This document shows, piece after piece, positions 1 to 12,296 of a stretch of DNA of 64,000 nucleotides (position 1 is the first letter of the stretch; each line of letters starts with the position of its first letter). The stretch is from positions 55,986,001-56,050,000 of the forward strand of contig OX597823.1 in the NCBI GenBank assembly GCA_951406725.2, read 5' to 3'. The notes under the pieces were generated by a model, which had not been told where the DNA came from, ran no database searches, and saw only the letters and a list, made by a program, of their open reading frames with translations. This DNA is from Octopus vulgaris (lineage: Eukaryota). Both the position numbers and the translations under genes were made by a program.

Positions 1-760
1 GGCAGAACTATTTTTTCTGCAATTCTGTTGAGGTCTTCCAAACTCGCTTGTATGACCATCCCTATGCCATATCCCAATAATTCAACCTTTTGGCTCACGT
101 TGCCTGGAGTATCTTGGCATTCTCCTCCATATTAAACATTATGGCTGCCATCAGCCATGCTTCCTTTATCTCTGGGGGTACTTTGCCAACTCTCACCCTG
201 GCAACATGCTTTCCACAGTACGTCGGCAAAAGTATCCATTCTTCCCTCCTTATTGCTTCTGTGGAGAGCTTAATCGCTTCGCCCTCCGTCGCGAAACGCA
301 CCTCCACTGTGCCATACCTCCTTCTACGTGTGATGAACGTGGTCAGTTTCTTGATTTCCTTCAAGCATTCCTCAATATATCTTCAATAGGTGCTATTTCA
401 ATCTTCCTTGTTGATATCTTCAATGTTTTAAAAATCACTGTCCTCTTTGTTAACACTGCTTGTGAGTTCCTCAGGCGGCGTCAATCGCAACGTTTTTCCC
501 TCCTTTTTCAATAGTTTCTCACATTCTTTCATCTTTTTCGGCTCCACTTTTGCTTCACGCACCTCCAAAGCTTCAACTTCTATTCCTTTATCAGTTGCTG
601 CCGCATAGCTGTGGCCTCTTGCTAGCACTTTCTCCATCTTTCCCACAATGGGGCGAAAACAAACAATTCAACAATAATAGTAACAGCAATTTCAACAGTA
701 ACAATCAATAATCTTGGGTACACCCACGAGGGGAGACCTTCAACAAATATTTAACAAGGC
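1..760 (-). mobile_element. 5' part (ORF1 relic) of a Tx1/L1-like LINE, truncated by the window edge
   Basis: Peptide at 95-364 (GTVEVRFATEGEAIKLSTEAI...LLPTYCGKHVARVRV...WLMAAIMFNMEENAKILQ) aligns by eye with ORF1 of the LINE at 14597-15452 (SVTVEAQFENAEIAKEISTQTL...RPTYLGRRTAKITV...WMAAAVIYDAEEEITILQ); stops and frameshifts present. Confidence 0.7.
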
Positions 761-1319
761 GACTTGCGTCTGACAGCAATCAGAAAAAGCGATAAAATTA
801 ACTCCGACATGAATATCTCAAACCGCCTACTACGTACTTTCGTACTTCACGTACTTCTCTTTACTTATAGTGACTATATTTTCATCACATGGGAGGGGTG
901 TGCCAGTATTACTAATTCCCTACAACACATAGAATTTCTGAGAAAGTTCATTTATCCCCTTCTGAGATAAACCTTGCAGTTAGTACACCTGCATTCTGCA
1001 GTCAATGAAGCCGTTCAAGAATTTGGACTTGGAGATCTCCATTTCCAGCGACTTCGAGGGCCACCTCCCAGTGGTGTCGGGCGTCAACGAAGAGCCCTCG
1101 ACTACAACAAGACGACCCAAATTTTTTTTTTCTAAGGTCTGGGGTCTCCCGCCCCTAAGCCCTAGACCATCACCTAATCACGCTTACCCGTCGTGTTGCT
1201 TAACAACAACAACAACAACAGCAGCAGTCAATGAAATAAGTACTTGCTAAATACTGAGGTTAACTCAAACGCCTCAAACAACTATTCCAAAGATGTAGCC
1301 TTGTAACTATATTGATTTC

Positions 1320-1520
1320 AAATTTTGGCTCCAGGTCAGCAACTTCGGAGGAGGGGTAAGTCGATTACATCGAACCCAGTGATAAAATGGTACTTTATTT
1401 ATCAACCACGAAAGGATGAAAGACAAAGACGATCTCGGCAAAATTTGAAATCAGAACGTAAAGACGGACAAAATGCCGCCAAGCATTTTGCCTGGCGTGC
1501 TAACGATTCGGCCGGCTCGA
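1320..1520 (-). mobile_element. tRNA-derived SINE family A (diverged copy)
   Basis: Matches the family-A pattern (GGCGGCGAGCTGGCAGAATCGTTAGC head, GAGTTCAAAT B-box, GCCTTTCATCCTTTCGGGGTCGATAA body) seen intact at 59438-59672. Confidence 0.75.
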
Positions 1521-1544
1521 TGACTTTAGGTTTGTAAATGTCTT

Positions 1545-1800
1545 TATTCTTTTACTTGTTTTCAGTCATTAAACTGGTGCCATGCTGGGGCACCGCCTAG
1601 ACACACACACACACATACTTACGACGGGTTTCCTTCAGTTTCCATCTATTAAATCCACACACAGTTTTGGTCGGCCCGATGCTCCCAACCACATGGTTTG
1701 GGGTTCAGTCTCACTGCGTGGCACCTTGGGCATGTGTCTTCTACTATAGCTTTGAGCCGACCAAAGCCCTGTGAGTGGAAACCCGTCGTATATATATATA

Positions 1801-1862
<62 letters not shown>

Positions 1863-1957
1863 GACAGGTTTCCACTCACAGGGCTTTGGTCGGCTCAAAG
1901 CTATAGTAGAAGACACATGCCCAAGGTGCCACGCAGTGAGACTGAACCCCAAACCAT
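1545..1957. repeat. Rearranged SINE family B fragments, including a fold-back inverted repeat (arms ~1693-1790 and ~1859-1957) around (AT)n
   Basis: Arms are reverse complements with one visible mismatch and share the same internal deletion relative to other family-B copies. Confidence 0.85.
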
Positions 1958-1973
1958 ATATATATATATATAT

Positions 1974-2018
<45 letters not shown>

Positions 2019-2614
2019 GGGAGGGAACACGTACGAATACGAATCCAACTGCTTGCTAGAAAGAGATGCTAATGTCTAAAAACTAACATATCATAAAAAT
2101 AACGCGTCGTACACGTGCAAATAAACGAAACAGATTCATGAAACGGTTCAATTACACGTCAATTGATTTCAATATTAAGAAGCAATCTCTTTTTCTATTA
2201 TCAGTGTAATACAACCAGGTGAATGCACATAACCGGGAACAAAAATACATACCTGTGGAACAGAAGAAGCTCCGAACAACATACATACATACATACATTC
2301 ATATATATATATATTTCGAAACACGCTGGAGTTGAACTAGGAACAGCTGATGAAGGGGATTTTTCCTTGTGTAGTTTGTCTTGTACTCCGTTTTTTTCGT
2401 TTAGGTCCGTTTCCACGTTTGTTTTTACGTCTTCGTTTCTCGTTGAGTTCTACGTCTATTTGTGGTGTCCTGTACTCACGTATATATATTTATATATGCA
2501 TGTATATATACATGAAGATGTAGGTACGTACATATATGTATGTATGCATATATTTTATTTATTACACTATATATATATATATATACGAGTAAAACGCCCC
2601 CCCCCCCACCGTCC

Positions 2615-3029
2615 AAAGGGCGGTGCTAAGTTGTCAAACATTTAAACTAAATTTTCTCAAAACAACTTGTCCGACTGTCCCATAGGCCTCCCCTTTGAGA
2701 AACACTGATTTAACCTAAATTTGAGATACCAGCAAAAGAAGAAATAAAGATAGACTTTTTTCTATTCCAAAGAAAAACGATTTTATTCACACAACGCGTA
2801 GTATCGAGCGCAACAGCTGATGTACTTGCGCGTACAAATGCACGTTCCCGTGGCTTTATCGATCGCATTCTCACCTGGAATCGATTTTTGAAATTTTTTC
2901 AAGACTTATAAACGTCCTGATACCGTCGGTATCTACATATCAATTTTGAGCGCAATCGGATGGAGGATGCCCGAGATCCTAGAAGACACACACACACACA
3001 GACAGACAGAACGATTTTATATAATAGAT
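2615..3029 (-). mobile_element. Non-autonomous Helitron-like element, 5' portion
   Basis: Minus strand begins ATCTATTATATAAAATCG-TTCTGTCTGTCTG(TG)n, resembling Lep1-type Helitron 5' ends; near-identical blocks recur at ~11222-11690. Confidence 0.6.
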
Positions 3030-3809
3030 ATAGAAATAATTTTATAAGTAGAAGTAGTGAAATAGCAGAAAAGTTACCGGAATTTCTGTATCTACGCTTG
3101 AATTTATACGTTCGGAGTTCAATCCCCGATGGAGTTCGATAAAGCAAAGTTCAGTATCAATCACATAGAGAGAGATTACGAAATTAATCGATGTTACATA
3201 TGACCTCAAGGTTGTACCAGAGGCCATGTAGCGGAGGTGGTGGTGGTGGTTAGGGTGGATCTAAGAACCACCTAGGAGATACAACAGAGAAAATACGTTA
3301 TCAGCTTACTAGCAGCAGCATCTTGAAATCACATCCCTGTATAAGTGGCATTTCGTGCATTAATCTCAGAAACACTATTTTCTTTATTTCTCTTTTTTTT
3401 TATATAGCTGGTAGAACCAGTGGGAGAGACTCGCTCACACACATGGAGAGAGAGGGGGGAGAGGGAGAAAGAACCACACACACACGCACATGAGCAATTA
3501 AAGAGACAGATACAGAGACAGGGCATGTCTGAAAAAAAGCATCGTCATCATCATCATTAACATTTTCGAGCAGATGTGAAGTGGTAAGAATTAAATACAC
3601 CTTTCACAAAGTGCACACTTTTCTCTCCTTTTAATCCGACCTTTTCTCGCTTCTCTCTTTCTTAGTCTTTCTTCCTATCTCTCCCTTCCACTCTCTCTCA
3701 CTCCCTTTCTCTGTCCCTCTCAGCCACTCCTTTTTTTTATTCAGTTTTTCTGTCCTTTATCTCTTAAAACTTTTGAAAGTAGTGATTGCCACAGTATGGC
3801 CACAGTCTA

Positions 3810-4023
3810 TTCTTTTATTTACTTCAGTCATTTCACTGCAGCTATGCTAGAGCGCCGCCTTTAGTCAAGCAAATCGACCCCAGGACTTATTCTTTGTAAG
3901 CCTAGTACTTATTCTATCGGTCTCTTTTGTCGAACCACTAAGTTACGGGGACGTACACACACCAGCATCAGTTGTCAAGCGATGTTGGGGGACAAAGACA
4001 GACATACAAACATATACACACAC

Positions 4024-4054
<31 letters not shown>

Positions 4055-4230
4055 TATATATATATGTATATATACGACGGGCTTCTTTCAGTTTCCGTCA
4101 ACCAAATCCACTCAGAAGGCTTTGGTTGGTCAGAGGCTATAGTAAAAGACACTTGCCCAAGGTGCCACGCGGTGGGACTGAACCTGGAACCATGTGGTTT
4201 GTAAGCAAGCTACTTACCACACAGCCACTC
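3810..4230 (-). mobile_element. SINE family B (tRNA head, CORE-like segment, internal (AT)/(GT) microsatellite)
   Basis: Minus strand GAGTGGCTGTGTGGTAAG (A-box), GGTTCAGTCCC (B-box), CACCTTGGGCAAGTGTCTT; many copies in the window. Confidence 0.85.
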
Positions 4231-4311
4231 CGGATAATTAAATAAAACTATAACGAATAAAGCAGTGATTTTTAAAAATCTTTTTACGCCTTGAAGGGCT
4301 TAGTCGAACAA

Positions 4312-4426
4312 ATGTGTGCATTTATAGTAGTTCACAGATCCATTAATGAGGTAGAATGTTTGCTATGTATCATACCAAGCATCCTGCCTCATTAATAAAT
4401 CTGTGACTTACCATAAATGCACGCAT
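4312..4426. repeat. Imperfect palindrome (~55-bp arms, 3-nt loop)
   Basis: Left GTGCATTTATAGTAGTTCACAGATCCATTAATGAGGTAGAATGTTTGCTATG vs reverse complement of right GTGCATTTATGGTAAGTCACAGATTTATTAATGAGGCAGGATGCTTGGTATG. Confidence 0.8.
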
Positions 4427-4894
4427 CATATCAACACTATCCTGCAACACGCAACACACAGTAGCGAAATGTGCATATTATAACACTGTAACGAATTATG
4501 TAATCTGATGAGGTTTCTTCTGCAATGTGAGGTGCATTCGATTCCATTATACTGTTCCCCACCCACTAGGGAGCAGTGCAGATGTAAACCAAAACGATCG
4601 TCGTATTAAACAAAGCTTACAGTATATTCTGTCTTCCATACCAATTATTTAAAATATCCTAAAAGTGCAGCGAGGAATTCTTTACGTATATCCTGCGACA
4701 AAATGCAGTATCGCGGATGACGCCTGGTAGGTAGTGAATGTGCTCTCAAAGCACACTAAATAAATAAATACATAAATGTGCCCTTTTAAAGGCTTTAGTC
4801 GAACCTGAGGCTCGACCAAAGCCTAGTGAGTGGATTTGGTAGACGTGGCATGTGTGTGTGTGTATTTGTTTGTGAAGATTATATATATATATAT

Positions 4895-5118
4895 TCAAAA
4901 TGTAACCGCGTGTGTACCGTTGGCGATTTTTTTTCCTCCTTTTTTTCCTCCGTCTTCCCTTCTCTGGATCTTTCCTTTTCCTATGCTTCTGACGAAGAGC
5001 TCCGCTCGAAACGTAAAACCCTCCTTCTTCCCTTCCTTCCTGGGCGTCCAATAATACTATATTTGTTCCACGTCCTCGCGTTGTTGTGTTTTCTCTTTGT
5101 GTTTTCATGTTTGGATTA

Positions 5119-5120
<2 letters not shown>
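4895..5120 (+). mobile_element. Penelope-like pLTR fragment with a minimal hammerhead motif at ~4984-5019
   Basis: CTGACGA-A-GAGC(TCC)GCTC-GAAA-CGTA; homologous copy on the minus strand at ~13690-13960. Confidence 0.6.
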
Positions 5121-5187
<67 letters not shown>

Positions 5188-5189
<2 letters not shown>

Positions 5190-5433
5190 GTTGCCGTAGA
5201 AAGGGTGTCCCGATTTTAAAGGGTACTAAAATACAAACACATGGAGATGCATGTAAAAAAAACTTTGTATTTCTATGAACCTCATTAAATGCCATTTCTT
5301 TCCATTTCAGGTAGTACCCACAATGGCCTGCAGTGGAGAGCATCGTGCATTTATTGTTGAAGAGTTTGTTTTTTCTTGTTTCTTCATGTGCTTGATTTTT
5401 ATTAACCTTTGAAATCAGAGCATTTCTGCCGCA
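5188..5433 (+). mobile_element. Internally deleted Tc1/mariner (DD41D-type) derivative / MITE
   Basis: Imperfect TIRs (GCCGTAGAAA...CCCGATTTTAAAGG vs CCTTTGAAATCAGAGCATTTCTGCCGC); N-terminal peptide MACSGEHRAFIVEEF; follows (TA)n. Confidence 0.5.
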
Positions 5434-5439
5434 TTATTT

Positions 5440-6151
5440 ACATTGTTTACATTTGATGGATATTTGTCCTCATCTCTGTTGCTAACACAACGTTTCGGCT
5501 GATATACCTTCCAGCCTTCATCAGGTATCTTGGGAAAATTTCGAACCTAGGTTCTCATTCCTAGGGTATTTTTGATGTTGTTGTTATTATTATTATTATT
5601 GAGTGAGAGAGCAGTGCATGCCATCAAAGTGACACGGGTAAACAGTACGAAGTCCAGTATACCCATGACTACCCATTTGATTAGGGTACATTAGGTGCAT
5701 GCCTCACAACCATATGTGCGCGACATGGTGATCTCATATCAAGATAAACAGCACATGACCTTGCAGGTGGGGCCCAGTAAGAATTTTCTTCTGATCGAGT
5801 AACCCATCCTGCTCAATAGGTCCCTGAATAAGGATTGTTTATGAAGGTTGAACAAAACACCCATGTTTCCAGAAGTGAATTATTCAAACCCCAAAAGTTC
5901 CTCTCAACACATGGCTATGATGCTCCCCCACTACTTCTGCTCGTGATCAGAGATGCACATATCGTCAGCCACTAAGGGACATGCTCAACTGGTTAAGGTC
6001 AAACAACTGACAAGCAAATCTGTGGTATTGAGCAGAATATTTGCTGTAGCACATCTTTTATACCAAGACAAAACAATGTACATGATAACACTTCCAATTA
6101 GTTAAGATCAGAAGCCACGCGAGCCACTGCCTCGTACTGCATCAGGGCATA

Positions 6152-6213
<62 letters not shown>

Positions 6214-6261
6214 CATTATTATTATTATTATTATTACTATTATTATTATTATTATTATTAC

Positions 6262-6316
<55 letters not shown>

Positions 6317-6910
6317 ATTATTATCATTATCATTATTATTATTATTACTATTCAGGTCACTACCTGGAATCGAACTCGGAATCTTTTATTTTTTGTATTT
6401 TCCAGTGGTGTTCTCTGTCTATTATTTTAACTTCATCCCACAGGAAGGGGGTCTCTATTTTTTCCATACATGATCAGCTATACCGGATTTATCAATATCT
6501 CCTCGTGTCACAGCTTTGCGATGTTCGTCTACCCTTATTTTGAGGGGGCGGAATGTTTCGCCTTTGTATAACCTACTACAGCTGTATGGGATGGAGTACA
6601 CGCAATTCTTAGGCATATTCTCTACTATTGGTGGTTTTACTCGAGGGAGATATTTGCGAAGTGTTCTGTTACTCTTGAATACTGTCCTGATGTCATATGG
6701 GCTGCATATCATTTGTATCTTTTCGGAGAGGCCTTTCACATATGGTAGACAGGCTGTGGACAGTTTATTGGTTTCATCCTCTCTTTTCTTCATAATTGGA
6801 TTGGATAATATGTTTTGGGGGTAGTTGTTGCTTAATAGATTGTTACTGAGCTTGATCATTTCTTCATGGTAGGTATTACGATCGCTACTTATATTCTTTG
6901 CTCGATGTTT
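5440..6910 (-). mobile_element. Penelope-like retroelement 3' relic (RT thumb + GIY-YIG endonuclease, hammerhead at ~5484-5528), interrupted by an insertion at ~5590-6350
   Basis: ORF 6455-6979 contains LPYVKGLSEKI and KNCVYSIPYSCSRLYKGETFRPLKIRVDEH...SGIADHVW (PLE GIY-YIG); minus strand CTGATGA-AGGCTG...CAGCC-GAAACGTT. Confidence 0.85.
5601..6150 (-). mobile_element. ~550-bp retroposon 3' segment embedded in (ATT)n; second copy at ~52480-52993 (+)
   Basis: The two copies are similar in opposite orientation, both flanked by (AAT)n, with a 3' end CTCTCTCACTC(AAT)n; family not identified. Confidence 0.7.
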
Positions 6911-7135
6911 TTTGAACGCCCCCGCACTAGATCTTATCACTTCCTCCCTGGGGGTGGTACCGACCACCTTGCTAACCACCGATTTAATGTATCTAACGTC
7001 CGATCAATCGCACAACTAACGTTTCATCGACTTAACCAACGGAGGATTTATCACTTACTCATACATGCACACACACACATACACACACACATACACATAT
7101 ATATACGTGTGAGTGTGTGTGTGTATGTGCGTCTT

Positions 7136-7176
<41 letters not shown>

Positions 7177-7385
7177 CTGTGTGTGTATGGGTCAGTGAGT
7201 GATAAATCCTCCATTGATTAAGACGATGAAACGGTAGTTGTTCGATTGATCGAACTTCAGATCCATTCAAACTGTGGTTAGCAGGATGGTCGGTACCGCC
7301 CCCATGGGAACAGCAATAAGATCTAGTGCGGTTGTTCAAAAATCGATCTGTAAAAAATTTGCTTGAACTTGGTTGTTTCCTCAAA
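6890..7385. repeat. Diverged inverted pair (~6890-7040 vs ~7195-7350) around (CA)n/(TG)n
   Basis: CGCACTAGATCTTAT...GGTACCGACCA...GATCAATCG...GGAGGATTTATCACT present on both strands. Confidence 0.75.
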
Positions 7386-7574
7386 ACAAGTACAAAGAAG
7401 AAAAATAAAATAAAAAAAACCGCGAAAAGTATATTGACAAAAGCTAATTATAAAATTCCCAACAAAGATATATATTAAACAAAAGCAGCGTTAACAACGC
7501 TAACGACAAATGTATCAGCAACAACAGAATAAAAATTACATACATACGCGCGCGCGTGTGTGTGTGCGTGAATT

Positions 7575-7843
7575 CGCGTGGGTTAGTAGTTAGGGTATTA
7601 GGCGCACGATCTAACGATCATGAGTTCAGTTCCCGGTAACGCATTGTGTCCTTGAGCAAATCACTTTATTTCACGCTGCTCCAGTCCACTCAGCTGGCAA
7701 AAAGGAATAGTGCCTTGTATTTCAAAGGACCAGCTCTGTCAAACTCTGTGTTACGCTGAATTTCCCTGAGGACTTACGTTAAGGGTACACATGTCTGATT
7801 GGATCAACTAGAAGCCTCGTCATTGTAGCCGATGGAGTGCCAC

Positions 7844-7845
<2 letters not shown>
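7575..7845 (+). mobile_element. SINE family C (tRNA-Arg-like head)
   Basis: TAGTAGTTAGGG A-box, GAGTTCAGTTCCC B-box, TTGTGTCCTTGAGCAA...TTTATTTCACG body; same family at 28360, 34235, 22425, 38790, 39478, 52060. Confidence 0.75.
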
Positions 7846-7897
<52 letters not shown>

Positions 7898-7996
7898 TGG
7901 ACAAACGCTCCCTCTGGCAGGTGCCGCAAATGTAGCGAAGACTGTTCCTGGCTGGTTGTAATGCCATAGTTTCTTGTTGACGTCTTTTTTTGTCTT

Positions 7997-8072
<76 letters not shown>

Positions 8073-8289
8073 ACTCCTTTGTGTTCCCTCTTTTGTTTGT
8101 CCAGGATAGGACTACACACCCACAGCAGGAGATGTATTGGGACATGAAATGAAAAAACCGGGCTAGACTATTTTATGTGCAACTCCATTGTCTCCCGAGA
8201 CAAAAAGGATGCCAACCAACAATATATATATATATATATATATATGCTAGCAGAAGTACCAGGCATTGCTCGGGGTTCAAATACTACAA

Positions 8290-9250
8290 CGTTGTTGATA
8301 CTTAGTAAATTTCCTATGTCATAAAGAACGTTAACGCCAAATTGTGACAAAACTGGTCGCCGGGTACCGCTAAATCCAAGGAGTAACTGTTTGATATGAA
8401 GTTCTGAGAAATGCTTTAATGCGTTCGAAGATGGTTTGACAATCACGAGTAAAGTAGCACTGAAAAAGGCTTTTTTGTCATTCTCACATCGGTAACAATT
8501 TGACAAGAATCCCTGAAAAGGTCTATGTGTTCTCAGGTGGTGTATCAATCGTATGTAAAGTGGCCCTCAAAATGGCCTCTTTTTCGTTTACACCGAAAGC
8601 AACGGGATTGTTTAAATGTAAATTCTGTGAAAACAGGTAACAAACCTACTTTGGACAAAGGAAAAGAAACATGGTTGAGGAAAGTTAGTAACTTTGAAAG
8701 CATGACTACAATAGCATTCACCACATATCAGGTCTGCAAGGTTGCACTGGTGCAGGAGAGGCATAGAGGTTCTCGAATTTGAAAGCAGTTGGCGCGTGAA
8801 GTGCCTACAACACCTCTCTGTAGACCACATTTTTCGTTTTGCCATTAGGGGCAAGTACGAATAGATTTTGTTTGCTTCCAAATCTTGGACATCCGACGTA
8901 TAACTGGCCATGAGAGAAACATGGCTCGCCCTCCTTCTTTTGGCAGCCGAAGCAGGCTCTGTTTTACGACCAAGGCACATTCTTTTCTTGGGTGACATGG
9001 CAGTAGTATTGGACTATTTTTAAATAGCGAGTTTACGAAAAAACCGGCTAAAAGGGACACAAAAACAAATTTGGCATGATGTATAAAAAGTGAACCTACT
9101 AAACGTATTATTCAAGAAAGGTGGAAGCAGGGACATACAGTTAGCTATGTGGACACAAAGACACTGAATACAGTATTTTCTAATGACGGGTAAGCTAAAA
9201 ACTGGTAGGAGAAAACGAATAATTTCAACAGGAAATATGGAGTTCAAGTA
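8290..9250 (-). pseudogene. Degenerate hAT (ZMYM/DUF4371-type) transposase
   Basis: Frameshifted peptides ...FVSLLAGFFVNSLFKNSP...MSPK...VSLMASYTSDVQDLE... resemble the hAT motifs GNF..LL / ATYTSP / FS..ADET.D....EQ. Confidence 0.5.
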
Positions 9251-9258
9251 ATAATATA

Positions 9259-10552
9259 CGAGAGGCGTTCAATAAGTAATGCCCCTGACCCACTTCCCAT
9301 AGCAGTAGAGCAATGAAATTTGGCACAGTTATTAGTCTTTTTCTACATAAAAACCAAACAGAGTTACGCATTTCTCCCATCGTTTGATGCAGCTCTGGAG
9401 ACCGTTTTTGTAGAAGACCCCAGCTTGGTCCTCCAACCACGACGTGACTTCAGAAATCAAGGCTGCATCATCTGGGAAACGCTTTCCTTTCAAAAACAAC
9501 TTCATGGCTGGGAAGAGATGAAAATCAGAGGGTGCAAGGTCAGGAGAGTAGGGGGGATGGGGGGAGGAGTTCATAGCTGCATGCCTGTGCTTCTGATCTG
9601 GTGACACGCGAGTTGTGGACCGGAGCGTTGTCCTGCAGCAGGAGGATGCCTTTGTTGATCTTGCCTCGCCTCTTGATTTTGATAGCTTCTCTTAATTTCC
9701 TCAAAAGTGAAGCATAATAGGCTCCTGTAATTGTGGTACCCTTTGCCAGGAAATCTGTCATCACTACTCCGTCCTAGTCCCAGAAGACTGTGAGCATGAC
9801 CTTACCAGCGGAGGGCTGCACCCTTGCCTTCTTTGGAGGAGGTGAGTCACGGTGCTTCCACTGAATTGACTGGGCTTTGGTCTCTGGATCATAGCGATGG
9901 ACCCAGGTTTCATCCTGTGTAATCAGACTTTTGAAAAGTTTTGACTCATCTTCTTGGCACATCTCCAAATTCATCTTCGAGCACTCGACGCGTTCTTGCT
10001 TCTGGAAAGGTGTGAGCAACCTGGGAATCCATTTGTCAGACACCTTTTGCATGTGCAGATGGTCATGAATGATAGTTTCCACAGACCCGGTACTAATCTT
10101 GACCTCATGGGCTATTTGGCGAATAGTTATGCGTCGATCTTCCAAAATGGCAGCCTCAACTTGACGGACAGAAGCCTCATCAATGGCAGAAGGGAGTGAC
10201 CAAATCTGGGAGCTGTTTCCACAGAGTTCCGACCATTTTTGAATTCACTATGCCAGGGTTTTACAAGGTCATATGATGGGGCATCATCACCATAAGTTAC
10301 TTTCATTTCATCAAAAGTCTTCCGTGGTGTGCGTCCTTTCAAATACAAAAACCGGATCACTGCTCGCCACTCAACAGGCTCCATTTCACACTGGACTCAG
10401 TTCAAACACCTGTAAATCAGAAACCACAATTATTTCGGAGCTGTAATTTGCCACTGTAATTTATAGAGATATAAATAATTACACATGCAAAATTTCAGCT
10501 CGATCAAACAACTGCAAGTGGATCAGAGGCATTACTTATTGAACGTCCCTCG
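9259..10552 (-). mobile_element. Full-length but inactivated mariner (DD34D) transposon
   Basis: 30-bp TIRs CGAGAGGCGTTCAATAAGTAATGCCCCTGA and CGAGGGACGTTCAATAAGTAATGCCTCTGA with TA TSD; transposase pieces 10384-9332 carry WIPRLL, TQDETWVHRYDPE, LQDNAPVH, HPPYSPDLAPSDFHLF; frameshifts and a stop. Confidence 0.97.
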
Positions 10553-11681
10553 TACGTCAAATAGGCCTAACCTGTAAGCTGAAGCACGTATCAGATATAC
10601 ACAAATGTGCATCAATAATTACGATTTAACACTGGCATGATCAGGTGAACAGTGTTCCACCAATGAAATTCAATCAAAGAATTAATTGGACAGATTCATT
10701 ACAGTGGACAATCAATAGTGTTCATGCGCATAGGTCAAAGGTCATGTTCGGAGTTCAACCCTTTTTGGCAGACTATTGACATAAATTCATTAAGAATAAT
10801 AGAGGTGAAAAGGGGGCATTATGATTGTCGGCTATAATGGGCGGGAGGGTAAACACAAAGGAATCATTCTCACCAAATAAAAATTTTAAGTGGGGCGGGG
10901 GGCAACATGGCCGTAGTTGATAATAGGGGTTGGTTTAAGTAAATACTAATGTACACAGATCGAAAAAGGGGATGTACATTAATAGTGTTCACGCCCACAT
11001 GTCAAAGGTCATGCTCGCAGTTCACCCCATGTTATCACACTATGAGCGGAGGGTAATTAAAGAAAGTTTGTGCTGAAGTGGGGTTGTAGGGCATCATGAC
11101 CGTAGACAATAATAGGGAGTATTTTAAGTAAATACTAATGTATACAGATCAAATCAGCGAGGTAAAACTGTCCCACAATCCTTGGTGCATGAGTAAACGG
11201 TAGAAGATGTAAGCAAATGGACGGTGCTGAGTTGTCAAACATTTAAACCAAATTTTCTCAAAAAACTTGTCCGACTGTCCCATAGGCCTCCCCTTTGAGA
11301 AACACTGATTTAACCTAAATTTGAGACACCAGCAAAAGAAGAAATAAAGATAGACTTTTTTTTTATATTCCAAAGAAAAACGACATTTTTCATACAAATA
11401 TGCAACCGAAGAGTTTAAAGAACCAGTAATGAAAAAGCTGTTGACTAGGAGAACACAAACATGGTTTAAACAATAAGCTTAGAAGGAAAGAAATGTGCCT
11501 TAAAGCAGTACAAAAACGGCTTTGTCGATCGCATTCTCACCTGGAATCGATTTTTGTAATTTTTTTCAAGACTTATACACGCCCTGATACCGTCGGTATC
11601 TACATAACAAATTTGAGCGCAATCGGATGGAGGATGCCCGAGATCCTAGAAGACACGCACACAGACAGACAGAATGGATTT

Positions 11682-11713
<32 letters not shown>

Positions 11714-11780
11714 TATATATATGTGTGAGTGTGCGTGTGTGCGTATGTGTTTGTGTGTGTGTGTATAAGTATGTTTATGC

Positions 11781-11811
<31 letters not shown>

Positions 11812-11909
11812 TACATACATACATATATATACTTATATACAAGGGCGGTGCCCCAGCATGGCCTCAGCCGGATGGCTGAAACAAGTAAAAGAGTAAAAGA
11901 GTATATATA

Positions 11910-12296
11910 TTTCTTTATTGCCCACAGGGCGCTAAACAGAAAGAGAACAAACAAGGACAGCCAAAGAGATTAAGTCGATTACAACGACCCCAGTGCATAA
12001 CTGGTACTTACTTAATCGACCCCGAAAGGATGAAAGGCAAAGTTGACCTGGGCGGAATTTGAACTCAGAACGTAGCGGCAGACGAAATACCTATTTCTTT
12101 ATTGCCCACAAGCAAGGACAAAGGGATTAAGTCGATTATATCGAGACCAGTGCGTAACTGGTACTTATTTAATTGACCTCGAATGGATGAAAGGCAAAGT
12201 CGACCTCGGCGGAATTTGAACTCAGAACCTAGCGGCAGACGAAATACCGCTGAGCATTTCGCCCGGCGTGCTAACGATTCTGCCAGCTCGTCGCCC
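11910..12296 (-). mobile_element. SINE family A with internal partial duplication
   Basis: Two consecutive GATTAAGTCGATTA...GGATGAAAGGCAAAGT...GGAATTTGAACTCAGAAC...GCGGCAGACGAAATACC blocks. Confidence 0.85.

Larger units (their letters stand above)
8247..11690 (-). mobile_element. Composite Helitron-like element containing a hAT transposase relic and a nested mariner
   Basis: Minus-strand 3' end CCCGAGCAATGCCTGGTACTTCTGCTAG (hairpin + CTAG) at ~8247-8274; 5' end at ~11690 is shared with 2615-3029. Confidence 0.5.

Noticed and set aside
1050-1170. GC-richer patch with TCGAGGGC/GCCCTCGA inverted octamer
   Set aside because: A single short stem with no further structure or family match; plausible by chance
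3560-3590. Possible 10-nt microexon (CAG|ATGTGAAGTG|GTAAGA)
   Set aside because: Weak polypyrimidine tract, frame-shifting length and no other support
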